Shown here: positions 1-11,901 of the stretch, in pieces | Numbering within the stretch: position 1 is the stretch's first letter | Layout of the letters: each line of letters starts with the position of its first letter | Source: Penicillus capitatus | Lineage: Eukaryota > Plantae > Chlorophyta | Direction: 5' to 3' | DNA length: 64,000 nucleotides | Assembly (NCBI GenBank): GCA_965649825.1 | Contig: OZ287694.1 | Coordinates: 1,053,197 to 1,117,196, forward strand | Translations under genes and position numbers: made by a program | The notes under the pieces: generated by a model | What the model saw: only the letters and a program-made list of their open reading frames with translations | The model's database searches: none | Told to the model about the DNA's origin: nothing

Positions 1-380
1 CCGAAGTTGAAAATGCCCCTCAACTGCGCCAGCTCCACCAGTTAAGCACCATCAATGGTCCTGCACCAGAATCGTCTGAAGTTACGCCAGCCGAAGCCCA
101 ACCTTTTGCTCCGGAGTCCTTTAGAAGGTTTGTCACTCCAATGCCCCAATACCGACGAAGCCATATACTGACCTTTAGGTGCCCTGATTCTACACCAGAA
201 TCGTCCGAAGCCATGCCAACCGAAGCCACTATGGTCACTCCAGAGCATCACAAGACTCCATCGAGCCCCATCGATGATCCCCTGGCGCCAGAATGATTGA
301 CGGAGCTAGGCAGACCGAAGCGGATGCCAATCACCTCATGTGCACGAAGAAATCGAGCCAGATCCCATCGATGGATCTGT

Positions 381-660
381 GAAGAGATCACCTGCCTGCC
401 AGCTCGCATCTCCTATCGAAGACCCGACACCTACGACGCACGAAGACCATCAGAGCATCTTTGGCAAGAGGCCTGTACATGAGTCTGTCGATGATCTGCC
501 GTTTGATGCAGATCATCGCAGACCTTGTACATAGCTACACCCGTGTGCATGAGTCTGTCGATGATCTGCCTTTGATGCAGATCATCGCAGACCTGCACAT
601 GGAGGCTGCTCAACGAGATATAGCTACGCCAATGTGCATGAGTCTTCCGAAGCTCTGCCA
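381..660 (+). repeat. Copy 1 of a ~280-300 bp direct repeat with internal ~70-90 bp subunits (HESVDDLPLMQIIADL-coding)
   Basis: agatcacctgcctgcca...catgagtctgtcgatgatctgcc...gcagacctgcacatggaggct recurs at ~2004-2312. Subunit starts (catgagtct) at 478, 548, 637. Confidence 0.85.
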
Positions 661-689
661 GTCGAAGCAGTGCAACGAGGTCCTGCACT

Positions 690-2022
690 TGAAGACAACT
701 CGACTGTTTTCATGCATCAATGCAGCATTGGATCGAACATGGCGAGCAATGGAGCAGGACTGAGTGTCTACTAAAGAGCAAACGTTGTGTTCGAGAACTC
801 CACAGTCTTATCCAACCGTGCAGGCAACCTCGGTGGATGCATTTACAGTCATGGCTCCACATTCAGTACAAGAAAGGTCACTTTTCGGAATAACTCCGCG
901 GGTGAACAAGGGCGAGCGTTGTTTGGAGACCAGATGAGTGTCTTGACAATCGCAGAATCGATCATTAACGGCAATAGATCCAGATACGGAGCTGGCATCT
1001 TTGGCCGTGTGAACAGCAGTGTGACGATCCGTCTCAGCGAAATGCAACACAATCTGGCGACTGAAGCTGGAGGTGGAGTCCATTCGGAGAATTCGGTCGT
1101 GAACGTCAGTCAGAGCAGCTTCTCGAGAAACAAAGCATCCATTGGTGGTTCGTTGTCGCTCGCACATTCAAATCTGCAAGTGGACAACGCCAGCTTTTTG
1201 CACGACGAGGCCACACAATCTGGAGGGTCGATGGCCTTGATGCAGAACAGTTCAGCAGCGGTGATCGATGTGTTCGTCAAGAGCTGTACGGCGAGGACGG
1301 GAGGCGGAATAACACTTTCTGGATCGAATATGACATCATCTGAACTGTGGATCTCCGCGTGCCGCGCTGAAGTTAAAGGCGGCGGCGTCTTCGCAAACTG
1401 ATCATCGATTCCTGTCATCCAGCTCTTCGTTCAGCGACAATGACGCTGGAGAACATGGCGGCGGCATCGCCTTCGAATCGGACGTGCCGCAGAATCTGGC
1501 ACTCCAGCTGAACGAATGTGCATTCAATTACAACAGAGCTGATCTAGGAGGTGTGTTTAACCATTTGCGATCATCCATTCTGAATACCCACGTGTGCAGG
1601 TGCTGTCCATGTCTCTACTGGATGCGGACCGAGAAGCTGTTCCCGGACCAATGCTTCGTGCACATTCGTCGCCGTAACTGGCTGCGGTCTCTTGGGAAAC
1701 AGCGCCGACGTTGCAGGTGGCGCCATCTTTGTGCAAGATGCCAATATCTTGCGCCATTCATGTGGCAGCAAGAAGACAAGCGTCCCACCAGAGCTGCACT
1801 CGAACAAGACCCTCCAGAAACTCGACACCTTCTGTCCAAATCGCGAAACATGTTCCGATTGGGAATCAAACAATGCCCATCTCTACGGTCCGATTCTTGC
1901 GTCCTACGCCCAGTCCACTCGGGCATTCATCAAGAACCCAGAGAATCCAAACGAAGAGGCACGCTTCAAAGATCATCGAGTCGTTGTTCGCAATCACAGA
2001 AGTGGAGATCACCTGCCTGCCA
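690..2022 (+). pseudogene. Disrupted polymorphic-membrane-protein-like (pectin-lyase-fold beta-helix) gene fragment
   Basis: Repeated GG(A/C/G)(I/V/L) and FxxN motifs (LGGCIY, FRNNSA, AGGGVH, FSRNKA, AGGAIF) and the downstream YGPILAS...NHRSGDHLP segment. In-frame TAA at 769-771, TGA at 1399-1401 with a frame change near 1411, GT-AG intron ~1551-1599. No start or C-terminus found. Confidence 0.7.
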
Positions 2023-2312
2023 ACTCGCATCTCCTGTCGAAGAGGAGAAATTTCCGACGCACGAAGACAACCAGACCATGCTTGGCAATAGGCCTGTACA
2101 TGAGTCTGTCGATGGTCTGCCGTTGATGCAGATCATCGCAGACCTTGTACATAGCTACACCCGTGTGCATGAGTCTGCTGATGATCTGCCTTTGATGCAG
2201 ATCGACGCAGACCTGCACGTAGCTATATCCAACGAGCCATAGCTACCCATGTGCATGAGTCTGTCGATGGTCTGCCGTTGATGCAGATCATCACAGACCT
2301 GCACATGGAGGC
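2004..2312 (+). repeat. Copy 2 of the ~280-300 bp direct repeat
   Basis: Colinear with 381-660. Subunit starts at 2099, 2168, 2254. Confidence 0.85.
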
Positions 2313-2656
2313 TTTCAACAAGCCAGAGAATGACGTCCCTATCGGATTCATATTCCTCATCTCAAGCCCCTGGAATAACTGCATCCATGAATCCGTCAGG
2401 TCCTTCAGGTTCTGGAGAAAATGCATCGATCGACCAAATGGCTCGTCGGAAACACGAATCCTCTCCCCTCAAGCTGGACAGGCCACCAATCGAATCATGT
2501 CGGAGACGATGACGGCGATCTCATGCACAGTCTCATTGCCTTCGCCATGTTCCAAGATGATGGACAAATAGTTTCAGAAGATTTCGTTCGGCAGCAATCT
2601 CTTCTTCTGGATTGCTACAGAAGCGCTCGAGACCTCAAGGATCGACTGCCGCTTGA

Positions 2657-3079
2657 CAAACCTGCTGGAATGAGGCCGCCAAGATCCCTCAGCAACCCCC
2701 AGACAATGCATGGACGGGCAAGATTTTCCTCCATGACGACCAAATCGTCAATGCCACTGCAGAATGTCCTGTGGCATCACCTCCTCGACTCATGATCGAA
2801 TCAAGAGTTTCCATGGCATGCGTGTCCAGAATGGCCGAAAATCCAGACATCGAGGAGATGGAGCACTACTTCTTCCTTATCACTCCCGCTGCGCCCAATT
2901 GCCCCTTCAGCGAACTACTGAGCAATCTCAAAGAATATCGAACCGCTGGTGTTGTGCAACTCGAGGAGCTCAACATTACTCTGTATTTCGTTCCTGCTTC
3001 CCAATGGAGGTTTAGACAATTGAGTGACATAGGGGATCCAAAGAACGCCCTCGCCTGTTTTTTGACTGTGACATCATGA
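2657..3079 (+). CDS. SPOC-domain C-terminal exon; upstream low-complexity exons (1-2650) appear rearranged or frameshifted
   Basis: Extending ORF 2771-3079 upstream in frame gives AWTGKIFLHDDQIVNATAECPVASPPRLMIESRV...FSELLSNLKEYRTAGVVQLEELNITLYFVP, matching the remembered SPOC pattern (W-x-G-x-I/L ... L-x-I-x-x-R ... L...AGVV...LY-x-x-P). Confidence 0.6.
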   Translation, partial: QTCWNEAAKIPQQPPDNAWTGKIFLHDDQIVNATAECPVASPPRLMIESRVSMACVSRMAENPDIEEMEHYFFLITPAAPNCPFSELLSNLKEYRTAGVVQLEELNITLYFVPASQWRFRQLSDIGDPKNALACFLTVTS

Positions 3080-4104
3080 TATGAGATGTTGCTGCTGTGT
3101 GTTAAACATATTGTCTTTGCTGTGACAGCTGTGTATAAGAATCATCCATTGTCAATCGATTTTCAACTCGGCACGTGCGTTACGCGACATGTTGAGCGAC
3201 AGCGTTGCGGCGAGAGTTATCGCTAAAATCTTACAACAAGGAGAACAACGCAAGAGTGTAGGTGGTGCACAAAGCAGTGAACTCTGGTTCAGGTGACGGA
3301 TCTCTCGACACATGTATTGTCCTCTGGATCTAGAAGAGTTCTTTGATCGCGTCTGCGTCTGCGTCTGCGATTACGATCACACATTTTCTGCGTCGTCCGA
3401 TCAGATCTTCGTCGCAGATGGGCAGAGAGGTCTCTTGCTTGTCATCGTGTGTCTCTTGACCACACAACGCCAACACCGACCTCTATGGTCAATGGACCTA
3501 TCTCTGGTTGCCGAGATGTTGTGCAAATGTACTGAGGTCCGCAAGACCTATGCATCGTTGCGAGACATGTCATTCCTAAAGTTTGACTTTGTAATTCCAG
3601 TAAAGATCCCGCAGGAATTGAGCGTTCCGCAGAGAGTCGCGCGAAACTGTTATGATCTAGAGAAGAAAAAAGACAACATTCCGTGAATCCAATCTGCATC
3701 GTCAGGTGCTTCTGCTTAGTTGTCTGTTTCTTGAGAAAGCGTCATGCAAACCCCTTGTCTCAATGTTGCCTCGTTTTATATCAGAGTACGTTGCTAGAAA
3801 GAGAGTTCATCTCTGGCTCTGCATTGTGTCCAGTTTTGAAAGAGTCTGTTTTCAATGCTTGTGATATCTTTTCAGAGTCAATACTTCGACATCGGACTCT
3901 TGCAACTGGACAGTAACTCTTCCCTTCCTCTTAAGGAGACAGTATCTTCATGTATTTTGCGCAGAATCTACTCAAACAGCGATCACATATTCGATCTCAG
4001 TCTATTTTTCGACCCAGACCACGATGATACTAATCGATCGCGGAATTGAGAGATTGAGATGTTTGATGCTGCATCAGCGCGTCTGACGCTTTCGAATACG
4101 AGCC

Positions 4105-6004
4105 ATGAATCTCGCCGAAGAACTGACGACGGTGACGCGTTCGATCGAGCGATTGAAGAGACGGTATGCCAGGCGTCGTGCTGAGATGGCACAGCTCCAC
4201 AACAAAGGAGCACGTCAGGAGTTATCCACACCAAGTTTTCCAGAACCCGAGAGTCGCGAACCGCCGCCGGCCAAAGCGCCTTCGGATCCAAACATGACCA
4301 TTAAGCGCCTCTTAGCCTGTTGTCTTCTTGCCCCCAGCACTTCGATTCCTGTCGATACCTTGGGACTACATTCGAAGGTCTCGATGACCCATTCTGCTCC
4401 TCCGTACAGTCGGTCTCTGAATTGAGAGCGAGTTCTGCAGATTTGTCAAGGGCCGTCGGGAGGAGAATATGAGAGATGTCTAGAGGCTTTGCACCTGTCC
4501 AGCCTCGATCCTATTGTCCATGAACTGGCCGCAGCCGACCCGCCTTACATCGATGTCGAGCGCACAGAACTGAGTGGACAATCGTGTTTTATCATTTTGA
4601 CCCTGAACAAAGGGAGATTAGCAAGGTCATTGATTTCAGACGAGTCAAAGAGTGAGATGTTTGTATGTTCAGTTTGACTCAGATGATGATGCCAACAGAG
4701 GAGAGACGCCGACCATGGGGTTCTGATGGACAGAGTGATCCCAGAAGAATACCACAGCGCAGTGCAAATTGGCAACAGACGCCCCCTCCACGTCATCCCA
4801 TGGATCTGAGTACACTACTGGGACGCAAATCTGTCAAAGAGCAACAACAGCATGAACAGTAAGTACATCTCCATCACCACAGCACCGGAATGCACTCTTA
4901 TGACTCGCAGAAGCGAAGAGCTTTTGGAACTCATCCAAAAACGAACGGCGGGAGATTGGGCAACGGTTGAAAAGTTCCAAACTGGCGGAACAGCCGTTCG
5001 CGAATTTTGCGTGCACCTAACAAAAGATGAGTGTCGGAGGTGAGATGATGCACAACACTTGCACGTGTAACGCGCCTGATGGTTGTACAGGAAGAATCAT
5101 TCAATGTATGCCTGTCCCCATCTGCATTTCAGGAGATTGATCTTTCCTTGGACAGATGTCTCTATGGGCAACTGCTCCTATCTGGACACCTGTCGAAACG
5201 TCAACACATGCAAGTACGTGCACTACGAGTTGGATCCAGATCCAGACGCTTACACTCCTGAACATGTCAAAGCGCTTGAGAAATCGAGAAACAGAGTGCC
5301 TGGGTATTTACAAGCCTTGCCGGAACCGCAGTGGATTAAGTGCGATGTCCGGTCGTTCGATATGACCATTCTTGGAAAGTTCGGCGTCATCATGGCAGAT
5401 CCCCCATGGGAAATTCATCAAGATCTGCCCTATGGCACAATGGATGACGATGAAATGCGAAAGCTCAATATTGGCTGTCTGCAAGACGAAGGTGTCATCT
5501 TCCTATGGGTAACAGGCCGTGCCATGGAGCTCGGTCGAGAATGTCTCCAAATCTGGGGCTATCAGAGAGTCGATGAATTGATCTGGGTGAAGACAAATCA
5601 ATTACAAAGACTGATACGAACAGGACGGACAGGTCATTGGCTCAACCATTCCAAGGAGCACTGTCTTGTTGGCATCAAAGGTCCAGACGATCGATAACGA
5701 TCTTACTTGACCCCTTATGTCGTGATTGTCCTTTGCAGGTAATCCGGAACTGAATCGGTTTGTGGACTGTGACGTTGTGGTGGCCGAAGTCCGTGAGACG
5801 TCCCGAAAGCCGGATGAGATGTATCCATTGTTGGAACGACTGAGTCCAGGAACGCGGAAACTTGAACTCTTTGGCAGGATGCACAATCTGCGCAATGGAT
5901 GGGTGTCTCTGGGCAATCAGCTCAACAACTCCTACATCATTGATCCAGAACTCAAGGCGAGATACGAACATGTCTATGGCCCCATCAAGGAACCAGAAAA
6001 GTAG
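4105..6004 (+). CDS. METTL3: mRNA m6A methyltransferase catalytic subunit (MT-A70 family, METTL3/MTA), multi-exon
   Basis: CCCH zinc fingers (EFCVHLTKDECRR|KNHSMYACPHLHFRR; CSYLDTCRNVNTCKYVHY), catalytic DPPW motif, GRTGHWLNHSKEHCL, RETSRKPDEMY. GT-AG introns at 4378-4440, ~5040-5090 and ~5680-5738. Confidence 0.95.
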
Positions 6005-6199
6005 ACAACGATGCATCTCGTCTGGTAAAGATGAGGAGACACGCCAACTGTGTCCCCAATGACGAAGCGCCGCACGAATCAGAGATCCAGCCGAAGAAAT
6101 CCACGACGGACACAAACGACATGATAACATTACAGTATTCGGCCGAGACTGAATGTAAAGCCAGGGAAAGCAAAAAATGGATTGTGCGTTGTTCTGTAT

Positions 6200-7026
6200 T
6201 TACGACTCTTCCAGCAATATCTTCACCAGTTCTTCCAGATCAAAGTGATCTGCCGTTGCTTGATCGACGTGTTTGAAGATGCGCTTTGGACCGTCGAAGA
6301 TCAGGATGCCTCCTTGTTGGAGTGCTTGGTTGGACTTTGGCGGTATCCAGGGTTTCCATTTGAGGGTAGCTTCGACCAGGTCTGCCCCTCTGTCTTGTTT
6401 AAAGGCACGGCCGAAGATGCGCAACGGCGTTCGAATATCGAAGAATGTTTGCTGCACGTTGCGAACGAGACCCACTGCATCGTACAATGCATTTTCTGGA
6501 TCAGCCAGAAGTTGAGTTTTGGGAAATCCCGTTAGCTCCGAGAACTCTATGCCTCGTTCAGGTGGCCCGATAGAAATCAGAAACAAGCGAATTCCAGTGC
6601 CTTCAAGTCGAGGAAGAACATCTCTCTTCAGCTGCCGAGCATACTCCTGTGATGTGACAGGTCACACTTAGAAAGAGTAAACAAAGAAAGAACCTGACAG
6701 AAACAGCAGCCCATTGAACGTGCGAAAACGAGGACGCACTTTTCTGTTGCCTGCCATAAAGACGTCACCGCCACCTTGGTTTGCGATGAGACTAGCCAGG
6801 CTTCTAGACTCTGCAGGGCTGCGTAGTCTGCGTCCTGCACTGCGATCGGTTCTTCTGCGGTTTCTTCCTGCGTCGTCGCAGCATAAAGACGTCTTACGTC
6901 GCGTTCGCGAATGTGCACCACCCCCGAACGGCGTTTCTCGTTTATGCGCGGGGCTGCAGTGTGAAGTGGACGTGTAAAAAGGGCTGGAGACAGAACGCGG
7001 CAGTAAGGTGCACAACGCGATGCCAT
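6200..7026 (-). CDS. Peroxiredoxin-like 2 / AhpC-TSA-2 family protein with N-terminal transit peptide, 2 exons
   Basis: CVLVFARSMGCCFCQ|EYARQLKRDVLP...LFLISIG...LLADPENALYDAVGL...QQGGILIFDG: CxxC thioredoxin-like pattern of the PRXL2/FAM213 family. Confidence 0.85.
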
Positions 7027-7034
7027 CGTCGCAA

Positions 7035-7535
7035 TTAAGATTGTGCATTCGGGTCTCCAGTCTTCATGAATCGTTTGGCCTGAAGGGCCACCTTTTCTTC
7101 CATCAGCGCCTCGAGAACAATGTCAGATCCATATTGCGGTTTGTTCCCCGATTTCTTCTTCTCCATCATCCCGGTCTCCTTAGCTGACACCGGTAATGGC
7201 TCAGCTGCAGATGAGGACGCATGATGTTCCATGGGCTGATCTGGCTGCGCTTTGTGTCCTGTACCCCGAGGGAAGAGCTGCGTTCCTCTTCGAATCTCAT
7301 GTTGAATGCTGTGAAGCATCGACAGACTGTCCTGCACCTCTTTGTGGATTTTCGCCACGTCTGATTTACTACCCGACCGCGCAATCTCTTTTTGCATGAG
7401 GGAAATATGACCGACTGCCCACCCCACCGCCCTGCCGCAGTTTCTGCCCAGTTCGCCCAGTTGCCGAGGTTTCAATACCACTACTGCAAAAACTACTGCG
7501 CAGAGCAGTGCCGTATTGTCAAACCCCAATACCAT
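7035..7535 (-). CDS. tatB: Mitochondrial TatB-like Sec-independent translocase subunit
   Basis: N-terminal TM helix, then LKPRQLGELGRNCGRAVGWAVGHI amphipathic helix and IHKEVQDSLSMLHSIQHEIR, resembling plant mitochondrial TatB. ATG at 7535. Confidence 0.75.
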   Translation of the reverse strand: MVLGFDNTALLCAVVFAVVVLKPRQLGELGRNCGRAVGWAVGHISLMQKEIARSGSKSDVAKIHKEVQDSLSMLHSIQHEIRRGTQLFPRGTGHKAQPDQPMEHHASSSAAEPLPVSAKETGMMEKKKSGNKPQYGSDIVLEALMEEKVALQAKRFMKTGDPNAQS

Positions 7536-7545
7536 AGCACCCCGT

Positions 7546-7816
7546 TTACCCTTTTCTCTCACTTTGGTTCAGCACTTTGAGACGTGCAAGTTCGCGAGCG
7601 GCCTACAGAATTCGTCGTTTGTCGGTTGCGGAGAGATCGAAGAGGCATTACGCGAAGCTCCGCTTTCTCCTTCTGCGATGGACGCACCCAAAGCCAGTAA
7701 GCAGCCACAAAAGCGATACTCCACGAAGCAAGGTCGCGGGGATTACGAGCACCAAGGTTTTCAACAATGACGCGGCGCAGAGTCTTCAAACGTTGACGCC
7801 AGAACGGATCAAACAT
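7546..7816 (-). CDS. Small single-TM protein (73 aa), 2 exons (7816-7652, 7602-7546)
   Basis: MFDPFWRQRLK...RDLASWSIAFVAAYWLWVRPSQKEKAELR|AARELARLKVLNQSERKG*. 49-nt GT-AG intron in phase. The W-x-[VI]A...AY-x-LWV[KR]PSQ motif resembles a small uncharacterised green-lineage protein as remembered. Confidence 0.7.
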
Positions 7817-7882
7817 CAGAGGCGTGATGCACGTGACGCCTCTCGTTGCTTGAGTCAACAGGAGGCGACGACTCTTAGCAAA

Positions 7883-10013
7883 ATGTCCTTGACTCGCTAC
7901 GAAGCCGAAAAACAGAGAAACGCGCCGAGCAGAGATTCATGCAGCTCACAGACCGTGGTGAAAAAGTCGCCGTCCAGGCCATCGCCTGCTCGACTACGGA
8001 ACACACTGCCCAGGAAGATGTTGTCATCGGACACGACACAGGCAACCCAATTGAATGTCTGACTAAGAGGAATGGCTTAAGGGTGTATGCGGTGCTTAGT
8101 TTGCACAGAAAGAGGTCTCTGGATCTTCGACAAGCTCAGGAGGATTTCTTCGCGAGAGGCGATACAGAACACCGAGCACTCAGCCGCCTGATCCAGAGTG
8201 CAAGGGTCATTTGATGAGACAGGTGTGATTGGACCGTTGTGGCTTGCAGTCGAGGACGTGTGGAGCAGTACAGTCCGCGTGTGCGCAATCTCCAGACAGA
8301 AATGGATCTTCTGCGGACAGAGATCCAGAGACTCAAAGCTATCGACATCTATGCCGATCCAACGAAAATGAATTGCCAGCAGCCGTCTGTCTGTCAAGAC
8401 CATCGCACTTTTCTGCATTCGAAGAAGCAGATGGCGCATTTCTCTAGAGAGCAAGTCCAGAAAAAGCTGATGCAGTTGGGATTGGCTTCGCATAAGGACC
8501 TCTCGGACTCAGACACGTCAGAAGAAGAGGATTTGGAGGGAGATCCTTCAGGAGACATGGGCATAGAATGCAGAAGTGACATGCCAGAGAAGGTGTTGCG
8601 TCATTCGGAGCATCTCACGTTGTTGGCTGCCAGAAATGCAGCAAGGGAAGGCTCAGAGAGCGATGGATGGGGCACAAGCAATGTTCTTTACATTTCCACA
8701 GGGACGGATCCAATACCGATGGAATGTTTGGACTGTGCTGTCCTTCATGAAGAGAAACGGCAGCTGCTTCAGCACATGCAGCAAATGGAGGAGGTTTTGC
8801 ATCAACAGAATCAACGCGTCATGGAAGCTGAGAAGAAAGCTCAACGGTAGGTCTATACTCTGCATCCGCCGTCTCGGCAATACACTCACGCGTTGGCATG
8901 CGTTTAGCTACTGTTCTGAAATGGAAGAAATCGAGCGAAGGCGATTAGATGTCTCGCACGTGGGCGTGATGACAGATGCGATGTTCTGCCGGCCACGAGA
9001 TTCGACAGCGACGGCCGAGGAAAGCACTCAATGCGACATCCAAAGATCTCAGATCGAGGCAAAACAAACGAGATGTCTAACGTGTCCACCTATCCGAGCA
9101 TTTGTGCTATAGAGCATGGAGGGAGAGCTTGAAAGACATCAGGCATTGATCAATGAGTTGAACGCACAAAATGCAACTCTTTCAGAAGAGAATGACGTTC
9201 TGAGAGCTTTTCGATTAAGCGAAGAGAGGAGACTGCTGACAGAGCAACGATGTAGAGAGATTTTGGAAGCAGAAGGAGAGGCTTTAGAAGTCGAGGATTT
9301 TCAACATCGACTGACGTCACTTCTCTCTTCTGTCGGTGTTCGACCGGAATGGATTCCTTCCCTGCAAACAGAACTGCAGAAACTCTTTACCGTCCGTCAT
9401 ACATCTACTCTTGTCAACGCGTTGCCCGATCTCTTCTGTGTAGCAGACCAACGTGACCGCATCCGCATCAATGGAGCAACCGATTCTCGATCGATCTTCC
9501 CTCGAAGATGAAGAGCTGGAGAAGATGCGACAGGAGCTGCGGCTGTTGCAGGAAGAGAAAGACACCGAAGTCTACAATCTCAGTGCAGAGAAAGATGTTC
9601 TTGCACACAAGGTTATTTCCCATGTGCTGCACATTTCTCAGGTCCATTCAGGTGATGGAGTTGAGAAGGACGATCAAGAAAGAGATCTCCGATAGAGAAG
9701 CAGCAGAAAGCGAGGCAAACAAACTGCAGCAGAACATACAGGTGGCGGCGCATTGAATCTCTTGATTCGCCACACAGATCTGCTCTCTTTTCACCAGGAA
9801 CAGTATTCTGAAATGGAACAATGCCGAACAGTGGCTCAACAAAAGAGAAAGCAGGTCAATGATCTGGAAGATTCTCTCGCCGCTGTGCAGCACGAGAATG
9901 AGAAATGGGAGCGCGACTACGATATCCTCCTGCGCAAGAAAAAACAGCTTGAGCGGGAACTGCGCATTGCACAGAATATTGAAAGCACATTGGACGAGAG
10001 ATCGTATAGCTAA
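7883..10013 (+). CDS. Multi-exon coiled-coil protein, function unknown
   Basis: Successive E/Q/K/L-rich heptad ORF segments (8239-8850, 9116-, 9453-, 9753-10013) separated by short GT-AG introns. Confidence 0.6.
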
Positions 10014-10110
10014 CAGCTGATTGGACATGATTGTGACATCAACCAGAACCCGTTTTACATACTCCGTTGAGCCACCGAAGATCGTGTTCTAGTTGTAAAG
10101 TCTCTATTCC

Positions 10111-11901
10111 TCATTGAGACTGGAATTTCTGCCAGCCTTCTTTGAGCACATTGAATACCATATCTGCCACAACCACTTGCTCGGCTGTTCCGCCCTTTTG
10201 TTTCACTTTGTCTGGGTGAATGATGAGATTGGCCTTCATGTAAGCTTTCTTGACCTGAGATACCTCCAGCACATCTGCCACGGTCAAAGGCTTCCATCCA
10301 GAATCTTCCCAGAGAACAGACTGGAGTGTTGTCAGCAAACCACGCATGTTCTGTGCGTGCTGTTCCCTCCAGGCGACAATTTTTTGAAGGTGCTTCTCTT
10401 TGAGAGCATGGTGCAATTCTTGCGTTTCTTCCACCTCGCGTTCGCGTTCCATTTTGGCTTGGAGTGCGGCTGCCATCTTGTTTTGTTTTTCTTCGTGGCG
10501 CATGCTTTTGAGAATGGCACGGATTTCTTCTTCACTGTGTTGTCCCCCTTCTTTGAGTTGACGATACATGGCAGAGAAATCTGATTTCCCTTGTGAAGCA
10601 GAGCCACCCTCGAATTCCATCAAATCATCGGAATGAGGAAACATGACCGGAACTGTCACTGAAGCAGTGGCACTAGAAACCTCAGGATCTTGTTGTGCAG
10701 CTCCTCCTGTAAAGAAGGCATCCAAATCGTCCGGCGAGGCCAAGGTCTCTTCTGGATCGGGTTGGGGCGCCACAGTTTCGGGTTTATTATTCGAAAGCCC
10801 TAACAAATCAAACTCCTTCTCCTCGGTCTCTTGTACCACTTCTTCTACAGATTCCTCTCCGGTCGTCTCCACATATCCGCCTTGGGAATCTGTGCCCGTT
10901 ACTTCCAGGTACTCCTCCTCTCTGTCGCTCGCATTCTTATTCGACTGCTGTCCCGCAAGATGATCTTCGGTGTGAGGATCTGGTTCTGTCAGTTGGGCCT
11001 CTTCTTCTGGCTGAGACGTAATGAACAGATGTTCAATAGCGAGGCCTTTGGCAGCTGCATAGTCCATGACTTTCTGAAAAAAATCTGGGGAGATCTCGCT
11101 CATCAACTGCTCTCTTCTGTAGTGCGAGAGCTGTTCCAATTCTGCCAAGAATCGTTCGATCTGCCGGACATCTTCTTTCTTTTGACTCGTTGTGAGTTGA
11201 TTCTGTTTGCGGTCCTCTACATATCGATCCATCCATTCCTGGGCAGCTCCCAATCCTTGTTTCACAGCACGGAGTCCCTTCTTCTTCAAACTCCCTGCCT
11301 TCTTATTCAACGTTGTCTTGTATTTCTCGAACTTCTGTTTCAAATCGGTTGGCTTTGTCGCTGACTCGTCCATCACTGGCGCAGCCGGTGGTGCGGAAGG
11401 CACCTCTTCTTCAAGCCGAGGCTCTACTGGTAAAGGCGCCTCGTTTTCGATCCGTGTTGCAGAAGCAACGGATGGAGACCTCTCAGTTTCAATGGGTCCC
11501 ACATTTTCAACGTCCTCCTCTGAGGAATCCGATTCTGGCTCCGGTTTGGTGACGGGTTCGTCTTCTACTGTTGTCTGGTGCTCCGTCGCTTCAAGCACAG
11601 CTTCGGCGCACCCAGGTATGTTTTCAAACAAATCTTCAAACTGTGCAGCACATTGCGTTGACGCTGGAGGCGTGTTCGGTTTTCCGAGTGTGTCCAAATC
11701 GCACGATGCAAAAGGAATGTGCGACTGCGGTTGCTGGACGGGTTCCTGCGGAACAGCAGGGGGCGTTTCACAAGGCTCCGGTCTTTTGACACTCTCGTCC
11801 TTAGGCTTCAAGTCATTCAGCGTTCGCTTCACAAAACACGAGGTATCGACGCCAGGCACGTCAGAAATTAGACTCGAGAAGGCGTCAGTGGCGCGACTCA
11901 T
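10111..11901 (-). CDS. Auxilin-like J-domain protein (clathrin uncoating co-chaperone)
   Basis: C-terminal NMRGLLTTLQSVLWEDSGWKPL...VKKAYMKANLIIHPDK J domain with HPD motif; acidic low-complexity middle; probable ATG 11901 (MSRATDAF). Confidence 0.9.
   Translation of the reverse strand: MSRATDAFSSLISDVPGVDTSCFVKRTLNDLKPKDESVKRPEPCETPPAVPQEPVQQPQSHIPFASCDLDTLGKPNTPPASTQCAAQFEDLFENIPGCAEAVLEATEHQTTVEDEPVTKPEPESDSSEEDVENVGPIETERSPSVASATRIENEAPLPVEPRLEEEVPSAPPAAPVMDESATKPTDLKQKFEKYKTTLNKKAGSLKKKGLRAVKQGLGAAQEWMDRYVEDRKQNQLTTSQKKEDVRQIERFLAELEQLSHYRREQLMSEISPDFFQKVMDYAAAKGLAIEHLFITSQPEEEAQLTEPDPHTEDHLAGQQSNKNASDREEEYLEVTGTDSQGGYVETTGEESVEEVVQETEEKEFDLLGLSNNKPETVAPQPDPEETLASPDDLDAFFTGGAAQQDPEVSSATASVTVPVMFPHSDDLMEFEGGSASQGKSDFSAMYRQLKEGGQHSEEEIRAILKSMRHEEKQNKMAAALQAKMEREREVEETQELHHALKEKHLQKIVAWREQHAQNMRGLLTTLQSVLWEDSGWKPLTVADVLEVSQVKKAYMKANLIIHPDKVKQKGGTAEQVVVADMVFNVLKEGWQKFQSQ

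Noticed and set aside
760-790. In-frame TAA in the POMP-like frame suggesting TAA/TAG=Gln recoding as in some ulvophytes
   Set aside because: Conserved genes end at TAG/TAA exactly where expected (METTL3, NFS1, RGP1, TatB), and the same fragment also has a TGA and a frameshift.
3100-4080. Short ORFs 3312-3686, 3442-3699 and 3683-3916
   Set aside because: No motifs or consistent exon chain; treated as unresolved intergenic sequence.
2657-6004. SPOC-domain gene next to METTL3 as an m6A-writer cluster
   Set aside because: No RRMs seen to support an RBM15/FPA identity, the SPOC locus looks disrupted, and adjacency alone is weak evidence.
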